Assembly: GCA_009777475.1 (NCBI GenBank)
Contig: WRLU01000012.1
Span: 1,122 to 65,121, forward strand
Length of the DNA: 64,000 bases
DNA from: Oscillospiraceae bacterium
Lineage (GTDB): Bacteria > Bacillota > Clostridia > Oscillospirales > UBA929
Direction: 5' to 3'
Both the position numbers and the translations under genes were made by a program. The notes under the pieces are model-generated. The model was given only the letters and a program-made list of their open reading frames with translations. It made no database searches and was not told the DNA's origin. Positions within the stretch are counted from its first letter, which is position 1. The number at the start of each line of letters is the position of its first letter. This document shows, piece by piece, positions 38,814 to 47,988 of this stretch.

Positions 38814-40183
38814 CCCTTACTCAAAATTTTGTCTGCCACATACAATCCGTTGGCGGCGGCGTGGCTCAGACTCCTGGTGAACCCGGAGCCGTCTCCGGCG
38901 GCGTAAAAACCGGGGCAGGAACATATCTCAAAGTCGTTGCAGCAGGGCCTGGAGGAATAATATTTACACTCGACCCCATACAGCAGGGTATCATGGTTGG
39001 CTGTACCCGGCGCGATGACGTTCAGGGCATCCAAAGTTTCAAGAATATTGTCAAGCTGGCGTTTTGGCAGGCAAAGCGACAAATCTCCCGGCACCGCCCT
39101 CAGCGTCGGCTCGGTTGTGCATGCCCTGACACGCTCCTCGGTGGATCGTCTCCCTGAACGCAAATCCCCAAGCAGCTGTATTAAAACACCTCCGCCCGAC
39201 AGCATATTTGCCAGGCTTGCCACAGATTTGGCAAATCTAATCGGCTCATTAAACGGCTCGGTAAACCTAAGAGTTGTAAGCAGGGCAAAATTAGAGTTGG
39301 CACTTTTTTTCGCCTTGTCCTTATAGGCATGGCCATTGACCGTAAGGATCCCGCTCGTGTTTTCCAGAACCACATGGCCGCGTTCGTTGAAGCAGAACAT
39401 CCGGGTTATATCACCGTAGCGGCGGCTCCGGTAAAGAATTTTCGGTTCGTAAATCCTGCTTGAAAAATGATCCCATGTCAATGCGGGCAATTCAACCCTA
39501 ACGCCTATATCCACGGCGTTGGTCTGGGTTGAGACATCGTTTTTGCGGCACCAGTCCGCAAAAAATTCGCTCCCTGCCCGGCCTGCGGCAAACAAAACAT
39601 TTTCAGCCGACAAGCTGCCGGGCTGCCCATTTTCATCCCAGAACACAGTGTGGGTTTTGGGATCCGCACCGGTAACCCTGACCCCCGTTCTCAAAATACA
39701 GCGGGAGGAAAGCTCCTTCACCAAGGATTTCATGGTGCTGAGGTTGGCATCTGTGCCTAAGTGCTTCAGCTGACCCTGCTGCATATGCAAATCATTTTGC
39801 AGGCAGATGGTTTTCAGCTCATCATCGGGCAAATACCTTTCATCCGGTGCGCCGTGGAGCCGCAGTATGCTGTCTGCCTGCTCAATGTAATCCAAAACAA
39901 CGGATGAGGATAAGACATCGGTAAGCCATCCGCCGTATTCGGAGGTGATTACATACTTGCCGTCTGAAAACGCCCCCGCGCCTCCCAGCCCCTCCATAAT
40001 GGCACAGCTTGCACACCGGCTGCACAGGGCCTGCTTTTTTTCCACCATGGGGCAGTACCGCCGGTCCAGGGCGTTGCCCTGCTCCAAAATGACGACCTTC
40101 AGCCCGGAATTACCATCGGTCAGCCGCCACGCAGCCATCAGCCCGGCAATTCCTCCGCCGATTATAGCAACATCATAACGCAT
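38810..40183 (-). CDS. FAD-dependent oxidoreductase (COG2509-like)
   Basis: YDVAIIGGGIAGLMAAW dinucleotide fold and a C-terminal YAAGDGSGFTRS. Confidence 0.75.
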   Translation of the reverse strand: MRYDVAIIGGGIAGLMAAWRLTDGNSGLKVVILEQGNALDRRYCPMVEKKQALCSRCASCAIMEGLGGAGAFSDGKYVITSEYGGWLTDVLSSSVVLDYIEQADSILRLHGAPDERYLPDDELKTICLQNDLHMQQGQLKHLGTDANLSTMKSLVKELSSRCILRTGVRVTGADPKTHTVFWDENGQPGSLSAENVLFAAGRAGSEFFADWCRKNDVSTQTNAVDIGVRVELPALTWDHFSSRIYEPKILYRSRRYGDITRMFCFNERGHVVLENTSGILTVNGHAYKDKAKKSANSNFALLTTLRFTEPFNEPIRFAKSVASLANMLSGGGVLIQLLGDLRSGRRSTEERVRACTTEPTLRAVPGDLSLCLPKRQLDNILETLDALNVIAPGTANHDTLLYGVECKYYSSRPCCNDFEICSCPGFYAAGDGSGFTRSLSHAAANGLYVADKILSKG

Positions 40184-40215
40184 AAAAAAACCTCCCTCTT
40201 GCAATTATTAAATGG

Positions 40216-40947
40216 TTACAGCTCTTCGTTTGTAACATTGTGCCATACGTTTTGCACATCGTCGCTGTCCTCCAGGGCATCTAGCAATTTCCGCATTTTC
40301 TTAATATCATCCTCTTTGGCCAGGGTTACCCGATTTTGGGGAAGCTGCTCAGCCTGAGCCGATAAAAGAGTATATCCATGCTGTTCTAAGCCTTCTCTCA
40401 CATTCGAGAAATTTTCCGGTTCCGTGATAATTTCAAACACATCTTCAAAAACAGAAAAATCGCCCGCCCCATATTCCAGGGCTGTCATCATAACATCATC
40501 TTCATCCTCCTCGTTTTTCTCAATTATAATAACACCTTTTTTGTCAAACCCCCAAGAGACGCATCCCATCTGCCCTAGGCTGCCGCCAAATTTGTCAAAG
40601 TAATGGCGCAGCTCGCCGGCTGTGCGGTTGCGGTTATCGGTCATTGCCTCGACTATTACCGCCGCTGAGCCGGGCCCGTAGCCCTCATACTGTATGAACT
40701 CGTAATTTTCGCCGCCGCCCTGGCTGCCCGCCCGGTCGATTACTCTCTTGATGTTATCGCCCGGCACATTATTCTGCCTGGCCTTGGCAATACAGTCCTT
40801 CAGGCGGGAATTTGCCGCCGGGTCGGGCCCGCCCTCTCTTACCGCCACAATAATCTCCCGCGAAAGCTTAGTAAAAACCTTTGCCCTCCGGGCATCTGTT
40901 TTTTCCTTTTTATGTGCTATGTTTTTCCATTTTGAATGACCCGCCAC
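40216..40947 (-). CDS. yebC: YebC/PmpR family DNA-binding regulator
   Basis: MAGHSKWKNIAHKKEKTDARRAKVFTKLSREI. Confidence 0.92.
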   Translation of the reverse strand: MAGHSKWKNIAHKKEKTDARRAKVFTKLSREIIVAVREGGPDPAANSRLKDCIAKARQNNVPGDNIKRVIDRAGSQGGGENYEFIQYEGYGPGSAAVIVEAMTDNRNRTAGELRHYFDKFGGSLGQMGCVSWGFDKKGVIIIEKNEEDEDDVMMTALEYGAGDFSVFEDVFEIITEPENFSNVREGLEQHGYTLLSAQAEQLPQNRVTLAKEDDIKKMRKLLDALEDSDDVQNVWHNVTNEEL

Positions 40948-41667
40948 AAAAGCTCCCTCCCCTGTTTATGCCTTCAAATGTATCCTTACATATAATAAGG
41001 TAAAGCCCGGTGCCAGCCGCGCGGCACTAAGCCTATTATAACCCCCCTTGTCCCATTAGGCAAGCTATTTTGTAGCTGGGCATTATGCAGGGCCCCGGCA
41101 GAGCAGGGCCGTGAAAATTTTCTTATTTTCTTAGCATCAGGGGATTGCATTTTAAGAATGGATGTGGTAGAATGAGCGTGGGAAATGGATGGTACTAGTC
41201 AAATCCCTTTCCTCCGAGGAGGGAGGCGCACCATAGCAGGAGTGTGTTCGTCTGTTTTGCGCCATAGCGGACCGTATTCCTGCACAGCTCCCCCCCGGTT
41301 GCTGCTTAGCCCTCACCGTGGCTGTCAGGATTTTTTTAATTTTTTTCATTTCGCGCTAAAGCCCTGCCCCGTAGCATTCGATATACATAACAGAGGGGTA
41401 CCGGGGTTCTTGTTCCCCTTAGGGGGATGGTGCCGTGCCCGCGGGTGCGGCGAGTGTTTTCTCTTTTAGGGCACCTCGAAAAACCTCATTTTCCGGCTTG
41501 CCGGAAAATATTTGTTCAATTTTTCGCCCCCAAAACTCGTCAATACATCAAGTATTAACTCGTTTTTGGAACGAATCTAGAGCAACATTTTTCGCCAATC
41601 CATGAAAAGCAGGTTTATCAAAGTGCCCTTTACTTTTACTTATCTATTAAAAAAGGAGTGGTCCACG

Positions 41668-44085
41668 GTGAAAAAGAAGAGGTTAATTTCCCTTGTGCTG
41701 TCGCTTGCCCTGCTGTCCGGCTTTCTGCCCGGCAGCCTGTCGGAGACAGAGGAGCGGTTTAATGCCGAAACCTTGACTATTGAGAACATAAAAGGCAACG
41801 CCTGGCTTCGTTTTATACCGCTTGGTATCTTCGATCCTATCCGTGTTACCGAATCGTCCTATGAGTTCAGCGATGAAGAATACGATGAAATCACCTGGGA
41901 TGGTATGGGTGATACAGGAGAGGTACGCGTTCAGATAGAATATGACTTTGACTGGCTTTATGACAATACCGAAATTTCAATATACAGGCGGTTCCCCGAC
42001 CCTGATGCCGCCGATGTTATCGGAATGACCATTGTTAATCTGCTTAGAAACACTGCTTATCAGTACAGCATGGAAGAAACTGAATATGATGAACTCCTTG
42101 ATGAATGGATTGAGCCTGAAACCAGAACCTGGTATGACTTTATTTCAGACAATAACGGCACATTTAATGTTGAAGGCCTCCCGGGAATTGATTTCAGCGA
42201 AGATTTCAGCATAACAATCCGGCAGAAAGCTGACCTTGCTTTGGGTAAACCAGCCTCATACCCGGTTGAGTTGTTTTTTGATGCACCCGAGGAGGAATGT
42301 GAATTTTGCGGCGGCGAGGGTTGCCCCGAATGTGCCGACATTGAAGACCCTGACGATCTTGCCTCCTTCGGCTATAATGTTCAAACCTCAACAATCACCG
42401 GACTTCACAGGCTGAGTTTTGTGGTAAATATAGTTGTTCAGCCATTCGGGGTCGGTCAATACCTTAATGAATACACCTACCCGGGTGACAGAACCTTTTT
42501 AATTGAGGAAGATACATATGATGCCTTTTTCACAGACCCGGACGATCTTGCCAGGCTTACTGTAAGGAACGCCGCAACAAACGAAATTATTCTCACCAGA
42601 ATTCTAGCACCCCGCCACGAAACACCAAATGGCGAATTTAACCTTGACGACTGGACATATACAAACTGCACCCCAGGTGCCGGATATGTTTACGCCGATG
42701 AGGATATGCTGAGTGCCGCCAAGTGGGACTGGTATACCGCCGATGAGAACGGCGTTGTTACAATGAAGCCGGGTGCGCGGCACAAGGATCATACCCCAAA
42801 CTTCAGGGCAGCCGGCACCGAGGAGGATATTGTGCTTGGCACCACCGAATTTATCAAGGCCACGGCACCCTCCCACATAGTCCCCCTCCCCGTCTCGCGG
42901 TACCCGCTTGCCAACCATATGCTGACCTATGCCGATGAGAAAAAGGGCGACATGATAGATTTTTCCAATGCATTCAGCCACTTTGAGAATGCCTACACTG
43001 AGGCTAACGGCTCGGCAGGCCTGGCGGATTACCTCAAAAAGCTCAAGTTTGAGTTTGGCGTCTGCTCCAAAGGAGACGGTACTGCTATTGAAAAGTGGAA
43101 AGGTGTATCTGTTAATAAAGATAAAATGGCTAAGCTGGCAAAGTTCACCCCAAAAACCGGCATCCAAACAGTCTACTTCAGGGTAAAGAGCAAAGATCCC
43201 CAGCCGCCGTTTGACTGGCTGAGAGTCACCGAGCAACCAAAAATGGAGGCGGTCAGGACCAAGGATAAAACCAAAAAAATCGGCTTTTCCTATCTGCACA
43301 AGGACCCCTCGCTGGTTCTCCTTAAAAATTGGGAACAGTATATGGAATGGGCTGAAAAGCCCGAGAGAGAGGATGACTTTGACTGGGAGGAAATCGAGTA
43401 CGACATTTACGAGGGCGGCCCCGTGCTTGATCTGCCGGACGAAAAAATGAAGGTTTTTGTAAGGATAGGCCCCGCGGAGCAGCAGACTAACCTGGAGCGC
43501 GGCTTGTACGATGTTATAACCCCATCCTCCAAGCGGGTCGGCCTTACGCTTCAAATACCAAAAAGGGAGCCCAAGCTAAAGCCCAAGTTTGACAGCAAAA
43601 CCCAGATGAGAACCCTCACCCTTAAGGGCGGCATGGAGTACTGGACTGATGAGGACGAAAAGATTGTTAAGGTCCCGCCGAAAAACGACCTTGGCAAGCC
43701 AAATAAGCTATTGCTTGATCTTGACCAGTTCGGCGATGACTATCTGTACATCCGCGTATCCGCCACAGAAAAGAAGCCCGCCTCAGAGGCCCAGGTTCTG
43801 CCCGACACAACAGCCCCAAGACTGCTGACAGTCTCCAAAAGAGTCCAGGTGGTTGAAAACGGCGAAATTATTGAGTACGATGAAATAACTCTGACTGTGA
43901 AAAAGGGCATGGAGTATTTCATCAGTCCCTCAGGCAGCAATCCCGCCAGCACCAGCGAATGGACCCCGGCAACCAAGAACACCTCAATCGCCTTCTCCAA
44001 GCATGGCTCAGGAACAGGAATTTTCGTCAGGTACTCGGCAACAGCCGCAAAGCCTGCTTCTGACTGGCAGAGATTTACGGTATAG
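41668..44085 (+). CDS. Secreted protein with repeated KPAS-type terminal sub-modules (family relative P5)
   Basis: The GTG at 41668 has an aaggag RBS 9 nt upstream and opens a signal peptide, KKKRLISLVLSLALLSGFLPG. It contains CEFCGGEGCPEC. The C-terminal third carries YIRVSATEKKPASEAQ and FVRYSATAAKPASDWQRFTV. Confidence 0.8.
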   Translation: MKKKRLISLVLSLALLSGFLPGSLSETEERFNAETLTIENIKGNAWLRFIPLGIFDPIRVTESSYEFSDEEYDEITWDGMGDTGEVRVQIEYDFDWLYDNTEISIYRRFPDPDAADVIGMTIVNLLRNTAYQYSMEETEYDELLDEWIEPETRTWYDFISDNNGTFNVEGLPGIDFSEDFSITIRQKADLALGKPASYPVELFFDAPEEECEFCGGEGCPECADIEDPDDLASFGYNVQTSTITGLHRLSFVVNIVVQPFGVGQYLNEYTYPGDRTFLIEEDTYDAFFTDPDDLARLTVRNAATNEIILTRILAPRHETPNGEFNLDDWTYTNCTPGAGYVYADEDMLSAAKWDWYTADENGVVTMKPGARHKDHTPNFRAAGTEEDIVLGTTEFIKATAPSHIVPLPVSRYPLANHMLTYADEKKGDMIDFSNAFSHFENAYTEANGSAGLADYLKKLKFEFGVCSKGDGTAIEKWKGVSVNKDKMAKLAKFTPKTGIQTVYFRVKSKDPQPPFDWLRVTEQPKMEAVRTKDKTKKIGFSYLHKDPSLVLLKNWEQYMEWAEKPEREDDFDWEEIEYDIYEGGPVLDLPDEKMKVFVRIGPAEQQTNLERGLYDVITPSSKRVGLTLQIPKREPKLKPKFDSKTQMRTLTLKGGMEYWTDEDEKIVKVPPKNDLGKPNKLLLDLDQFGDDYLYIRVSATEKKPASEAQVLPDTTAPRLLTVSKRVQVVENGEIIEYDEITLTVKKGMEYFISPSGSNPASTSEWTPATKNTSIAFSKHGSGTGIFVRYSATAAKPASDWQRFTV

Positions 44086-44095
44086 CTAATTCCCC

Positions 44096-44136
44096 AGCCC
44101 CCGGTGCTGTTGAACGCAGTACCGGGGGCTTTCTTA
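44096..44136 (+). terminator. Rho-independent terminator
   Basis: agcccccggt ... accgggggct 10-bp stem followed by ttctta. Confidence 0.65.
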
Positions 44137-44252
44137 TAAATGATAATTTGCGGGAATTTTGAAATCAACGCCGAGCATTAATCAGTACGAGTGAGAAATA
44201 GTGAGAAATTTAGAGCTTATGGAAAGGGAATAATAAATTTTTAAAAAACCTC

Positions 44253-44282
44253 TTGACAGCAGGGGCAGGCCTGTGCTTTAAT
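44253..44282 (+). promoter_or_regulatory. rplM-rpsI promoter
   Basis: TTGACA (44253-44258), 18-nt spacer, TTTAAT (44277-44282). Confidence 0.45.
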
Positions 44283-44325
44283 GAGGAGGTAAAATTTTTT
44301 GAATTTGAAATTTGGAGGCTCTACA

Positions 44326-44766
44326 GTGAAAACATTTATGGCAACCCCCCAGGAGGTCACACGCGACTGGTACCTCATTGATGCGGCCGGCGTTCCGCTG
44401 GGCCGTACCGCCGCCGAGGCCGCAAGGCTTCTGCGCGGTAAACATAAGCCCGAGTATACCCCTCATGTGGATTCGGGTGACTTTATTGTCGTTGTAAATG
44501 CAGACAAGGCAATTTTGACCGGCAAAAAGCTAGAGCAGAAGTTCTATCGCCGGCACAGCGGCTATCCCGGCGGTTTAAGAGAAACAAAGTACCGCATTCT
44601 TATGGAAACACGCCCGGAGCTTGCCCTGGAGCTTGCCGTCAAGGGAATGATTCCCCGCACAACGCCCGGGCGCAAGGCAATGACCCGGCTCAAGGTGTAC
44701 TCAGGCAACGAGCATCCCCACAAGGCACAAAACCCCACTGTCTGGAAAATAGGAGGTCTGTCATAA
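44326..44766 (+). CDS. rplM: 50S ribosomal protein L13
   Basis: GTG start after GGAGG; [19 protein letters not shown] ... [12 protein letters not shown]. Confidence 0.93.
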   Translation: MKTFMATPQEVTRDWYLIDAAGVPLGRTAAEAARLLRGKHKPEYTPHVDSGDFIVVVNADKAILTGKKLEQKFYRRHSGYPGGLRETKYRILMETRPELALELAVKGMIPRTTPGRKAMTRLKVYSGNEHPHKAQNPTVWKIGGLS

Positions 44767-45170
44767 TGTATCAGCCAAAAAAAGCTTACCACTATGGAAC
44801 CGGTCGCCGCAAATCCTCTGTGGCACGTATCCACCTTTTCCCTAATGGTACCGGCATGATTAGAATCAACAACCGCGACATTGACACTTATTTCGGACTG
44901 GAAACCCTAAAAACAATCACCCGCCAGCCTCTGATTTCCACCGGGGCTCTCGGCAAGGTAGACATTGAGGCCACTGTCAAGGGCGGCGGCATGACCGGCC
45001 AGGCCGGAGCACTGCGGCATGGCATATCTCGCGCACTGCTTGAAATGAACGGCGAATTCCGCTCTGTTCTGAAGCAGGCAGGATTCCTCACCCGCGACCC
45101 GCGCATGAAGGAGCGCAAAAAGTATGGCCTCAAGGGTGCCCGGCGCGCCCCGCAATTCTCCAAGCGCTGA
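44766..45170 (+). CDS. rpsI: 30S ribosomal protein S9
   Basis: [12 protein letters not shown] ... [19 protein letters not shown] ... RAPQFSKR. Confidence 0.95.
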   Translation: MYQPKKAYHYGTGRRKSSVARIHLFPNGTGMIRINNRDIDTYFGLETLKTITRQPLISTGALGKVDIEATVKGGGMTGQAGALRHGISRALLEMNGEFRSVLKQAGFLTRDPRMKERKKYGLKGARRAPQFSKR

Positions 45171-45197
45171 CCTTCGGTTTTACGAGACATTTCAAAA

Positions 45198-45238
45198 AAG
45201 CCACCCGGCCCCTTTTGTGGGAGCCGGGTGGTTTTTTC
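45198..45238. terminator. Rho-independent terminator after rpsI
   Basis: ccacccggc ... gccgggtgg stem followed by tttttt. Confidence 0.75.
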
Positions 45239-45266
45239 GTTTCTGCGAAACCATAGATAGTTCAGC

Positions 45267-46433
45267 CTATTTTTCGATGATGTCCTTCATAAATTTTCTC
45301 ACGAAAAACCGCATAGGACGGTATAGCCCCCGTTCTATGGTCTTTTTCACCCCAGCTAACTCCTTTGCTATGGAAATTCCCTGCGGACAAAGCTTTTCGC
45401 ATTTACCACAGCCGTTGCAGGCAGCTGAATTTCGGTTACCTAAGTAAGTGATATACTTAAAAGTATTTGCCATTTTAGACCGCTCCCCTCCCCTATCATT
45501 AGCTATGGAAAAGCAAAGAGGTATATCAACACGCGCAGGGCAAGGCATACAGTAACCGCAGGCGGTACAAGGGATTTTGTTCAATCCTTGCAAGACTTCC
45601 TTGACTTTACTAATAAGCTCATTATCTTTTTGGGAAAAGCATCCAACGGAAGCTTCCTGGCATGAATTAAGGTTTTCCTGCAAAACATCAAAGCTGTCCA
45701 TCCCCGACAGGACACTGGTCACCCCCGGCTGGTTCCAAAGCCAGCGAAGACTCCATTCCGCCGGTGTACGCTTAGGGTGATACGCCGCGAAAATATCTCT
45801 CGCCTGTTTGGGTATGCCTCCAGCCAGCCAGCCGCCCCGCACCGGCTCCATAATTATAACCGGCAAGCCTTTGACAGCTGCGTGCTCCAGACCGCTCTCC
45901 CCTGCCTGATAGTTTTGATCATAATAATTGTACTGTATCATGCAATGTTCCCATTCATAAGCATCGCATAAGGCCGGAAAAGCATCAGCCGGACCGTGAA
46001 ACGAAAATCCGATCTGGGCAATACGCCCTCTTTCTTTTTCCCTTTGTATCCATTCATCTGCCCCCAGCCGCACCAACCGTTCCCACTCTGGTAGACCGTT
46101 GAGCATATGAATCAGATAGTAGTCAATTCTATCGGTTTTCAGCCGCTGAAGCTGGGCCTCCAGTATTTTGATAAAATCCTCCGTTTTATTAACTAGGAAT
46201 GGAGGGAGCTTGGTTGCGAGCTTAACTCTTTCCCTAAGCCCGCCGGAGAGTAATTTCCCAATTTTAGCCTCGTTGCCGGGATAAATATAGGCTGTGTCAA
46301 AATAGTTAATTCCCTGTTCAACGGCATGACTTATTAGCCTTCCTGCCTCCCTCTCGTCCTTGGGTAATCGCATACAGCCAAATGATAAGGCGGAGATTTC
46401 CTCCCCTGTCTTTGGATTTGTTCTGTATTTCAT
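45267..46433 (-). CDS. Aldo/keto reductase with C-terminal 4Fe-4S ferredoxin-type domain
   Basis: AKR N-terminus (ISALSFGCMRLP, INYFDTAYIY) plus CTACGYCMPCP and CNGCGKCEKLCP. Confidence 0.8.
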   Translation of the reverse strand: MKYRTNPKTGEEISALSFGCMRLPKDEREAGRLISHAVEQGINYFDTAYIYPGNEAKIGKLLSGGLRERVKLATKLPPFLVNKTEDFIKILEAQLQRLKTDRIDYYLIHMLNGLPEWERLVRLGADEWIQREKERGRIAQIGFSFHGPADAFPALCDAYEWEHCMIQYNYYDQNYQAGESGLEHAAVKGLPVIIMEPVRGGWLAGGIPKQARDIFAAYHPKRTPAEWSLRWLWNQPGVTSVLSGMDSFDVLQENLNSCQEASVGCFSQKDNELISKVKEVLQGLNKIPCTACGYCMPCPARVDIPLCFSIANDRGGERSKMANTFKYITYLGNRNSAACNGCGKCEKLCPQGISIAKELAGVKKTIERGLYRPMRFFVRKFMKDIIEK

Positions 46434-47068
46434 AATAACACTCCTTTTTTTATTTTTTGTACCGTTTTTTAATCAAATTCTAATTATTTCTCGTGCTGAT
46501 ATCTTTTATATTTAGTCTGAAAAACTTGAGTGTAGCCGTTTCATGCACCAACCATACATCAAATATCCTCAAATCAAGATTTTTTAATATAGTTTAATTC
46601 ATAAAACCAGTTAAAATTATGATTTTTTGTGATTTGCTTGTGATTTTCAACATCAATATTAAATCTAAAAATTTCTTATTAAAATTCAATTTTAACCTAT
46701 TCTCATTTGTGATAATTATTTGTTTTTTATTTGATTTTTTTCTTTTGTATTGGTTTTTTGTTCAATTACGTGTATACTCCAATGTTATCCATGGGATTTT
46801 ATGTAATCCCTCTGCTATGGCAACTTCCTTCTTAATTAGTAGCTTACTATTAATCTAATCAACCTCTGTTTCCCTATCATTTTTACCAATATTGCCGATT
46901 TGGGACGATTATATCTGGGCAGTCTCTTTACTTTGGTTGCTGTTTACCTTTATGATTGTCGATAATTCTTTTGATATACACTTTATTTCTCATTTTTAAT
47001 ATATATATATTCTCACTATTTTATACTTTACCATCCACCTCATTAACACGTCCTTTTCAAGTATGTGC

Positions 47069-47097
47069 TTGACCTCTGAAATAAATGTGTTTATAAT
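47069..47097 (+). promoter_or_regulatory. Promoter of NYN-LOTUS operon
   Basis: TTGACC (47069-47074), 17-nt spacer, TATAAT (47092-47097). Confidence 0.55.
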
Positions 47098-47154
47098 AGT
47101 TAGGGCTATCATCTGTTTATCATAGACCCTGCAAGTCGTAAGGAGTGATTTTTA

Positions 47155-47988
47155 GTGCAAGGCGAAAAAGAGCTACGCTTAGCCGTTTTGATTGATGCGG
47201 ATAATGTTCCTCGTAAGTCCATCAAGGCCGTAATGGAAGAAATAGCCGTTTATGGCAACCCTACCGTAAAGCGCATTTACGGTGATTGGACTTCCCCAAA
47301 TTTAGGCGGTTGGAAGGCTCGTCTTTTGGAAAACGCACTTACCCCAATTCAGCAATACGGATACACCACCGGCAAAAACTCTACTGACTCCGCCATGATT
47401 ATTGATGCCATGGATATATTGTATTCCGATAATGTAGATGGTTTCTGCCTAGTCTCAAGTGACTCTGATTTCACACGGCTGGCTATCCGCTTGAGGGAGG
47501 CGGGCATGAAGGTTTTCGGATTCGGAGAAAAAAAGACCCCTGGAGCTTTCATCGCCGCCTGCGACCGTTTCATATATATTGAGATAATTTTTAAGAATAA
47601 TGAACACCCCTCCGCAAAAAAAATTCGGCCCTCATCCTCTTCCTGTTCTGCAGACACCCCTGCCCTTCCCGACTCTTCTTCACAGGCACAAGCCAAACCT
47701 GCTCCGCGTGTTAAATTGTCCAAGGATGTGATTGACCTCATTGCCGCCGCCGTTGACGATGTTGGCGATGATGAAGGCTGGGCATATCTAGGTGAGGTCG
47801 GCGGTCTGCTTCAAAAGAAGCGTCCTGATTTTGACTCTAGAAATTACGGTTTCAAAAAGCTAACCAGCCTAATTGAATCATGCGAGCATTTTGAGTTGGA
47901 CTTCCGCCAGAATTTACAACGTGCCAGCGGCAAGCTGATTTATATCCGAAGCAGAAAAATGTCTGAGAGTCAGGAAATCTCATTATGA
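47155..47988 (+). CDS. NYN-domain (LabA-like) predicted RNase with C-terminal OST-HTH/LOTUS domain
   Basis: LAVLIDADNV ... YGDW ... KNSTDSAMIIDAMD ... FCLVSSDSDFTRLAIRLREAG is the NYN part. GWAYLGEVGGLLQKKRPDFDSRNYGFKKLTSLIE is the LOTUS part. Confidence 0.8.
   Translation: MQGEKELRLAVLIDADNVPRKSIKAVMEEIAVYGNPTVKRIYGDWTSPNLGGWKARLLENALTPIQQYGYTTGKNSTDSAMIIDAMDILYSDNVDGFCLVSSDSDFTRLAIRLREAGMKVFGFGEKKTPGAFIAACDRFIYIEIIFKNNEHPSAKKIRPSSSSCSADTPALPDSSSQAQAKPAPRVKLSKDVIDLIAAAVDDVGDDEGWAYLGEVGGLLQKKRPDFDSRNYGFKKLTSLIESCEHFELDFRQNLQRASGKLIYIRSRKMSESQEISL

Noticed and set aside
41150-41470. Possible tmRNA, SRP RNA or 6S RNA in the yebC-P5 gap
   Set aside because: I could not find the tRNA-like 3' end (TCGAATCC...CCACCA with a paired 5' GGGG), the SRP helix-8 motif (GUCAGGUCCGGAAGGAAGCAGC) or any other diagnostic consensus. 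It stays as an unassigned candidate (see findings).
42604-43554. 316-aa antisense ORF inside P5
   Set aside because: It has no RBS or recognisable domains, and it sits opposite a frame that has a signal peptide and conserved motifs.
1-44085. LPXTG sortase signals, SLH, CWB2 or dockerin repeats in the five surface proteins
   Set aside because: I searched the translations by eye. The only near-match is QLPNTHA in P2, which is internal, lacks the G and has no hydrophobic tail. None of the proteins ends in a TM-plus-basic anchor.
46619-46858. 79-aa ORF in the AT-rich spacer
   Set aside because: Its Phe/Leu/Ile/Asn-rich translation is what AT-rich non-coding DNA gives, and it has no RBS.
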